Both the position numbers and the translations under genes were made by a program. A stretch of 64,000 bases of DNA from Neocallimastix sp. 'constans' (taxonomy: Eukaryota): assembly GCA_050613775.1 (NCBI GenBank), contig JBODTK010000012.1:1488001-1552000 (forward strand), read 5' to 3'. How positions within the stretch are numbered: the stretch's first letter is position 1; each line of letters opens with the position of its first letter. The notes under the pieces were generated by a model. The model was given only the letters and a program-made list of their open reading frames with translations, was not told the DNA's origin and made no database searches. This document shows positions 55,091 through 64,000 of this stretch, piece after piece.

Positions 55091-57600
55091 CTAAAGCGTG
55101 CTATATATAAATTTTTAAATAAAAAATCAATTTGTAATCAATTGATAATATATTACAAATAAATTTAATTAAAAATTATATTTGAAAATATTTCTTACAT
55201 ATCTAATTCATTTTGAGCTTTTTCCAATACATTTTTTGTACTAAAGATTGGATTATGTTCAAATAATCTATTATATATAAAATATTCAATGATATTGTTA
55301 ATAATAATAATATAAATATTATTAATTATTATTATTTTTAAAGCTTATAAATAAAAGTCTAAAAATAATTTTTTCTTTCTTCTTTTTTTCTTTCTTTCAT
55401 TCTTTAATTTTTATTAATTACATTTTTGGAGAATTCAAATGATAGAATTCTGATGGAACTTCATTAAATAGGTTGTTATTCAAATTACTAATTATATATA
55501 AAAATTCCATAAAATATCGTATTAAGTTTTTTGTGAATAATTTAATTTAATTATATGTTAAATAATTATTTATCAATACATTACATCAATTCCAACTTTT
55601 CTAATTCAATTATAGTATCAGGAAGGCTGCTGATTAAATTATTATTTAATATTCTTTTTTTTTTTTTTTAAAATATATATATATATATAAAGAAGAGAAA
55701 AATAATATCAATAATTATTATTATATATTAATTTATAATATAGATCATATATACAAAAAATTTTTACAATTGTTGTAATTCAAATAATTTTTTAATTGTA
55801 TTAGGTATAATTTGAACTTTATTATGACTTAACGATCTGTATAATGAATTAGTGTTAATTCAATAATTTAAAAAATTAATTTTAATTCATATATTAATAT
55901 TAATATTATGTCGTTTTATAATTAATTTTATTATTGTCTTTATATATTTGTAAATTTTTTTATTACAATTTTTTCAGTAAAGTTAAGCTTCCAATCTCTT
56001 TCGGTATTTCGTCAATAAAATTACCGTCTAATTCTCTATTATATATTGTTTTATTCATAAATAATTTTAATTTATAATATATTAATTAACAATTAAATAT
56101 ATAAATTTACAATGAAATGAGGTTATTGAAATGACAAACATTCACAGGAAAAATTTTAAAGTTATTATATGATAATGTACTTTATTTTTAAATAAATAAA
56201 TATATGGGAAAAATATGTCAATATTGATAATAATATAAATATATTACAAATAATTATGTTATATAAATATACTATATTACATTTTTTTCATTTTACTTAG
56301 ATTTATTAATGAATCACTAAATTCTTGTATATTATTGTTATATAAATTTCTTTTTAAAGATTTCATATTAATTTTTATTAATTTCATTAATAAAAAATAC
56401 TTGATAATATTATTAATTATTAAAATTCATTATAATTATATAAAATATTTACAATTCTTCTAGTTCTTGTAATGTTGAAATTTCTGTTGGTATTGAAGTC
56501 AAGTTCATATCCTTTAATTTACTATTATGTATTATTTAAATTTTAATATTTTTAAAATTAAAATATATATATATTTTTTTTTTCAAAAGAAATATGATTA
56601 TTTTAATAAACTTTAAAAATAATTACATTGATTTTAATTTCGAGAAATCATCATCAATTATATGACTATAATTTCTTAAAAGTTTAAATGGTTCAAAGGA
56701 ATTCATTATTAAGTTATCAAATAAGTTTCTAAAATAATTTTATTTTTTTTAAAAAAAAAGTTTTTTTAGTTGAAACACTTTTAAGTAATTGACCGAAAAA
56801 AAATACATACACTACAGTTCTTTCTTTTAGTACATATAATTCTTCAGGAATAGATGATATCAAATTTGATTTTAAAGATCTAAATTAAATTATATATATA
56901 TTTATTTAAAATTAATAATAATATTAATATTAATAAATAAATATTACTAACTATTTGTTTTTATTTTTTTTTGCAATAAAGCACAAAATAAAAAATATTT
57001 ACATAAATTTTAAATTTTTCAGTAGAATTATATCTTTTGGTATTACTTTAATTTTATTAAATTCCAAATTTCTATTCATTTTATTATTTATTAAAAATAA
57101 ATTAATATATTAAGATTATATAATAAATTTTGAATAATACATAATTACAATTCTTCAATATTATTTATTTTTATTATTGCATTTGGTATTTCATTTAGGT
57201 TATTGTGATTTATAGAGCTTAATAAATAATAATATAATATATAAAAATTTTGTTTTTAGCAGTTATAATATATATTATTGTGAAATGATGAATGAATAAA
57301 AAATGAATAAATATAAATATATATAAATAACTATTAAATATACAATTTTTGTAATAACGATAGTTTTTCTAATACTTCAGGTATTTCTTTAATATTATTA
57401 TGGTCTAAATATCTAATAAAAAGTATATAATTTTTGAAAAATTTTTAATTGAAAATGATTAATAATAATATAATTATTATAAAATATCAGTATAAAGTGT
57501 TATTTTTTCTAATACAATTGGTTTAATTCTTCTAAATTTTTAATTCCATCTGGAATCGCTTCAATTCTATTTTTACTTAGATTTCTTTTATAATAATAAT

Positions 57601-57678
<78 letters not shown>

Positions 57679-60509
57679 TAATAATAATAATAAATAATAA
57701 TAATAATAATAATATTAATATTATTATTATTATTATAAATAAATATAAATTTTTATATTAATATATGTTATAATTATTTATATTAACTTTTTATTTAAGT
57801 TAAAAGCAAACATTTCATTTTTAATACATACAAATATTTCAAATTTGTTAATAATCCTATATTATCTGAAATACTTGAAATTTTATTATTTGATATATTT
57901 CTGAATATCATATAACATTTTAATAAAAAATTTTTAAAAATTTTTTTTATTAATAAATATAAAAATGTTTTATAATGGTATTAATAAATATTATACTAAC
58001 AATTTTTTTAAATTAGTTGCTTTCCATAAAACATTTGGAATTGATGTAATTTTATTATTTGACAAATTTCTAAATTAAAATATTTATGAAACATATTTAT
58101 ATATTAAGGAATTATTAATATTATCTTAAAATTTTTTTGAAGAAAGGTATTTATTATATATAAAATAATTTAATGTATTATTATTGAAAGAATTCTTGAT
58201 AGATATAAACATACAAATCTTCCAAATGATTAAACAATTTAAAATTGAAATTCATAACTTTTATTTTATTTGAAGAAAAATCACTTAAATATATTAATAG
58301 AATGATTAGTTCTAGATATAGATAAAATGAAATATAAATATTTTTATTATTATAAAATTTACATTTTTATTAAACTTTTTAAATACCCAAATTCTTTAGG
58401 TATTTCCTCGATACTATTATTAGAAATTGCTCTACAATAATTTATGGATATAATTTATTGAGTAATAATAAATATAAATATTTAAATTTTTAATAGATAA
58501 TTTTCATATGGTAAGTTCTAAATTTTTAATAAATTATATTTTTTGAAATTATATACTAACAATATATTCAAGTTTTTTAATTCATATAATCCTAATGGAA
58601 TATGTTTGAAATTATTATATGATAAATTTCTATATTATTATTTTATAAAAATTATTTAATCAATATAGATTATATTTCTATTGAATTAAAAAAAGTTATA
58701 TTTTTTGAAAATATATTCCTACAATATTGTGATATTTTTTAACTTTTCAATATCATATGGTAAATCACTAATACAATTGTATGAAAGGTTTCTATTAAAA
58801 TTTGTGTTAATTAGTAGATTTGTTAAAAAGATTAATAAAATAATAAAATTAAAATTTTTTTAATAAGTGGTATATTAATTATAATTATTTATATTATTAA
58901 TTTTAAAAAAATAAATTTATTTACAATCCAACCAAACTTGTTAAATTACTAATTTTACTTGAAATAGTGGATATAATATTATGGGATAAATCTCTATTAT
59001 TATTATTATTATTATTATTTTTTTTTTTTTTGTTTGATTTGATTTGAAGTAAAAATAATTAATATACACAACATGATATTTTGTTTATATATATTATAAT
59101 TGTATTCATTACAGTTCTTCTAGTTTTACTAAATTCCATAATTCTCCTATTAAACTGTCTATATCATTATCAGATAAATCCCTTATTAAATATATAATAA
59201 TATTATTATTATTATATAAAATATTTAATTAGTATATTAATTATATATTATTACAATATAAATATTAATATATATCTATCATTTTTATTCAATATATAAA
59301 TAAATAATATTTATAATTACAATGATGTTAAATTTATTAATTTTCCAATTTCTTTTGGTAATTGGCATATATAATTTTTCGAAAAATCACTATGTTACAT
59401 ATAATAAAATATAATTATATATCAATTTAATTATGTTGTCAAAAATTCAAATTATTATAAAAATTTTGGAATTATTAATTGTTTTATCATTTTAAGAAAT
59501 ATTATTTTTTTTACTATACATTTCAGTAATTTGCTTTATATATTTAATTTGAGATGGAATATATTTGATTCCTGTGTTTGATAAATTTCTATTGGTAATA
59601 ATATTATATGCCGAATATTTTAAATTAAAAAAAGAAATAATAAAAAAAAATTTTTTTTTATCATTAGTAATGATAATCATAAATAAAATTGAATAATGAT
59701 TAATTAAAATAGTCCATAAAAATAGCAATAATTAATTATTCTTACAAAGATTTCGTGCTTAATAACTCTTCAAATAGCATGTTTTTGATTTTTAATTGTT
59801 TTTTAAGATGACTTATTTGATGTCTTAATTCATATAAATTTTCGTATATATCATCTGTTCCTATTTCGGGAAATTTTAATATTTTAATTTTATTTTTTTC
59901 CTCATCTAAATTATCATCGCTATTTTCAATACTATAAACTTCCTCATTACTATTTTTTTTACCTTCCACATCTATATTATTGTTATTATTTTCTTTATTT
60001 ATATTATTATTAAAGATTAAATTGATTAATATTATGTAGAAATTAATTAATTATACGTGAAGGCTTTATATAATAAATGTTAAAGTTTTAATTTAACTTC
60101 AATATAATTATTATTATTTTCAATTGTATTCATGAGCTTTTTGGAAAATCATAAATTTTAATTATAATATATATTAAATACCTTCCAAATTATTTTTTGA
60201 GTTTGCTTCAGATTTATTATTGTTTGAATTGTTTTTATTTAAATGTTTCTCATTTTCATAATAATCATTTTCTTTATTTATATTCAAATATTGTTTTGAT
60301 TGTGAATGACCATAATTACTATTTATTCCAAATGAATTCTTATCACTCTTATTCATTATTTCTGTTAATAAATTACTATTACTTTTATTTATATTTTCAT
60401 TTAATGATGTAGACATATTAAGCTGATCATCTTTAATGTTTTCTATTTGTTCTTTATTTAGTTTATTTTCATTATCAAAATTTGAATTTTCACTAATTTC
60501 TACACTCAT
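55091..60509 (-). CDS. Leucine-rich repeat protein (about 23 LRRs, 27 exons)
   Basis: Exon 1 60509-60182 and exon 2 59971-59746 (coiled-coil-like) are followed by 24 short phase-2 exons, nearly all 69 nt, e.g. NLSNTGIKYIPSQIKYIKQITEM, DFSKNYICQLPKEIGKLINLTSL and ELDGNFIDEIPKEIGSLTLLKKL. The cap exon LFEHNPIF is at 55267-55199 and the terminal exon ITL* at 55100-55091. Confidence 0.9.
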
Positions 60510-61496
60510 ATCTATAAAAAAAAGCAATAATAATTTATTTTTATTCTTCTTCTTAAAAGAAAATGAGAATATATAGAGAATATATTTTAAATATATGATA
60601 CCATACGATATAAACGTTATTTTTAATTTTATAAAAATCTATAAAAAAAATTAAATAATCTAAAATTTAATAATTAATAAAATTATTTTATATAATAATT
60701 ATATATTAAAAATAAATGATAAAATAAGTTTTTTTTTTTTGTATTTTATTTCATTTTATTTTATCTAAATTACTAGATTTTAGAAGAGTTTATCGATTTG
60801 ACAACTTGTTCGGAACTTTAATAATTCTTTCTTTTCATTTAAATTTTTTAATACTTTTTAATAAATTTATTATTTAATTTAATAAATTTCCAAATATATT
60901 TATATAAACATTAATGAATTATTTATTATTAAATTTTAAATTCTATTTTTCATTTTATATTAATTAGATAACTTCAAGAATATATTATATATATCAAATT
61001 CTACTTTATATAAACTTCTTATCATTATAAACTATTATTACTAAATTTATTTATTTATTTTTTTTTAAAAAAAATATTCTATTAACATATTTATATTACT
61101 ATATATATAGTTTCGTATATTAAATTCATTTCATTTTATATAAAAATAATATTTACAATTAATTAGTAATATATTAATAATATATAATTGAAAAGAAATA
61201 ATGTTTGTTAAAATTAGTAATATATTTTTTTATAAAACCAAAAATAAAGATTATACATTAAAATTTTTTTTAATAATTGTTGAATTAAAAGCATAGATCA
61301 AAATTTAAAATTAATAATATATCCAATGATATAAAGGATAAATTATCATATAAAAAAAATAATTAAAATATATAAACTTTGTAATATATTAAGTTTATTT
61401 CTATATTTCATATAGAGAATAAAATATATCGAATTATAAAGAAATTCATATTAAAGATAAAGATATATTTAAAGTATATTAAAAAAAATTAGAATT

Positions 61497-61800
61497 AAAT
61501 AAAAGTTTTAAATAATTCTTTTTACAGTTTGAACAATGACATACTGAAGTAGCCTTTTCATTACTTTTACGAATTTGTAAACGTGTTAATTAAATATATT
61601 AATTATTTTTACATACTTTACAACATATGGAATCATCTATTAAATCCGTTTTTTCATCATCTAATAGTTGTAATTTATTTTTCTTTCTTAATCTGTCTTC
61701 ATGAAATTAAGAAGACTTTTCATAAAATTTATCTAATGATTTCATCGAACCATTATTCATTATATATTATCTATTATATTAGTCAAAACTTTTAAAAATC
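61497..61800 (-). pseudogene. Decayed intronless TFIIS/Rpb9-type C-terminal zinc ribbon
   Basis: Read across frameshifts: LDKFYEKSS*FHEDRL..ENKLQLLDDEK/TDLIDDSICCKVCK../LTRLQIRKSNEKATSVCHCSNCKKNY, fitting CxxC..QxRxx(D)E..CxxC. Confidence 0.5.
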
Positions 61801-63550
61801 CTATTTCTTATTTTTTTTAACACTTCATTTTTTTTTTATTACAAGTTTTATTATTATATTTAAACTAAATTAAGATTTAGTAATTTCATTTAATAAAAAA
61901 AAATAATAAAAGTACCCCTAAAATATTTGTAATAAGTAAAAAAAAAAAAAAGATGGAAATATTAAATTTAATAGTGAAATTAAAAAAAAAAAAAATTACG
62001 AACAATAAAAATCCCAAATATATATATATATATATTATTATTATTATTATTTATAGTTAGCTTTTAAAATAAAACAAATTACTAATAATCAGAATATAAA
62101 ATAAAAAAAAGAAGAAATATATTATTTTTCTTTTTATAAATAAAAAATAATATTTTTACATTGTGTATAAACAAATATGAATGATATAAAACATATCTGC
62201 AATATTTTAACAAATATTGTTCCTTAACAATTAGAAATACATGTAAAATGAAAAAAAAATATTCTTTTTTCGATGGTATTAACATTATTGATTGTAATCA
62301 TTTATCGAATGATAGATATATCATTAAATGTAACGATAATCAAAATAGAGGTACTAATAATATTGATTATCAACAAAAATCAATGTTTATATTGATTGAT
62401 AGATTGGAAAGTATTATTAATAATAAAAATATTAAATATTAATATTATTTGAATGATACAATTAAAGCTTCTTTTTATATTACTATCCATATTTTGATTC
62501 ATCTCCTTAAAAAAGTTTATAATGATAAAAATAAATCTTTCAGTAATTGCACAATACATTATTTATTGTACTGAAGATATAAAATACTTGTACTATTATA
62601 ATGATTATTTCAATAAAGCATATCTTTATGAGCAAATAATAATGAATGATGATATTTCAAAATTAAAAATTATTGAAAATATAGAAAATTATATCTTTAT
62701 ACGGTTATGTTATGATATCATATTAATAACTGAAAATAAAAAAATTTTAATATTTATTAATTTTAAATTTTCAATTTTATATTTTAATTAAAATTAATAA
62801 TTTTTTATAAAAAAAAAATTTAATTTTAAAAAATAAAATATAATAATCTTAAATCTTAAAAATTATAATTTTTCAATATTTAATAATTATTATATATATT
62901 TTAAATATAAAAATACCAAAATTTATAAAACATATCTTTAATTATATATCTATATAAATAGATAAATATATAAATAGATAAATAGATAAATAGATAGATA
63001 AATAAATATGAATAATTAAATAAATAAATAAGTATTGATTGTATAATTTATATAAATAATAAAAATTCAAAAAATGTTTAGGAAAATTAAAAAAAAAAAT
63101 AATTATTTTTTCTCTTTTTAGTGTACTTTATGAAAATAAGATATTAAAAATATCATAAAAAAATGTATATTTAATATCTAATAATTAATTTAAATAATAA
63201 AAGAAAAACTATATAAATAAAAATATTTGTTAGGTAATGATAATAACAACAATAATAATTATAAAATAATAATAATAATAATAATGATGATGATGATGAT
63301 GACGATGATGATGATAACCATAATTCATTATTAATATATTAATCTTTTCAAGAATAATTATAAAACATTTAAATACATTTATATATGAATAAAAAATTTT
63401 AAATTTTATGATTTCTGAATATGATTGGCTTAAATTGGAAACTTAAAAAAAAATTAAAATTTGAAATTAACAAAAAAAAAAAAAAAAAAAAAAATAAATT
63501 AATTATAAAATTTCATAAAAATATTTAGAATATACAAAAAGAAATAGAAA

Positions 63551-64000
63551 ATGGTTTCCTTCGGTAAGTTTTTATTATTCTAAATTTTTAAATTTATAAT
63601 CATTAATATTGATTTTATATAATAATATAAAGAATAAAATTTATTAATTTTTTTTATCATAAATTAATAATATAGTTTGTGAACACTGTCAAGAAGTATT
63701 TATTCTATTTCTTCTTTTTATTTTTTTTTTTATTAAATAATATGGAATTTTAATTAATAAAAATTAAATTAGAAAGGAAAAAAATAATACATTTATTATT
63801 AAATATATCATTATTTTAACATAAAATTTAATAAATCTAATGCTTTATATATGAATATGAATATATTTAAAAGACTTTAAAAAAGAATAAGTTGGATCAA
63901 CATGCAAATCGTTGTCATGTAAATATCTAAAAATAAATATATGATTAAATATATAAGTAATAATTTGTTGTTTTTTAGAATTAATTTTATTTTAACAGGA
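63551..64000 (+). CDS. LYAR-type C2HC zinc-finger protein, 5' part (runs off the window)
   Basis: Exons 63551-63563, 63676-63695 and 63874-63918 splice to MVSFVCEHCQETLKKNKLDQHANRCH, matching the LYAR/UPF0743 N-terminal finger. The next acceptor AG is at 63997-63998. Confidence 0.85.

Overview
Extremely AT-rich, intron-rich eukaryotic DNA. Composition, microsatellites, short introns and TE content suggest an anaerobic gut fungus (Neocallimastigomycota); this is an inference. Genes I could reconstruct by hand from splice sites: a multi-exon TmcB/TmcC-like membrane protein (1684-10415, +), a casein kinase 1 with long N- and C-terminal extensions (31636-35731, tail possibly to 36455, +), a Transformer-2 SR splicing factor (46067-48839, -), a single-exon type I membrane protein (53485-54141, +), a 27-exon LRR protein built from 69-nt one-repeat exons (55091-60509, -) and the 5' end of a LYAR-type zinc-finger gene (63551-end, +). 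Mobile DNA comprises four non-LTR retrotransposon fragments and a decayed FLYWCH-MULE transposon carrying a ~3.1-kb foldback palindrome of tandem units. The most interesting observations are a candidate AGAA-rich poison exon in TRA2 intron 1, the foldback array with mirrored unit variants, the symmetric LRR exon architecture, five repeated SAW motifs and a slippery-site junction in the CK1, a TGAC cluster in the 16-kb gene desert, and a decayed viral-type TFIIS zinc ribbon. Most short ORFs in the supplied track are artefacts of low-complexity sequence. All counts were made by eye.
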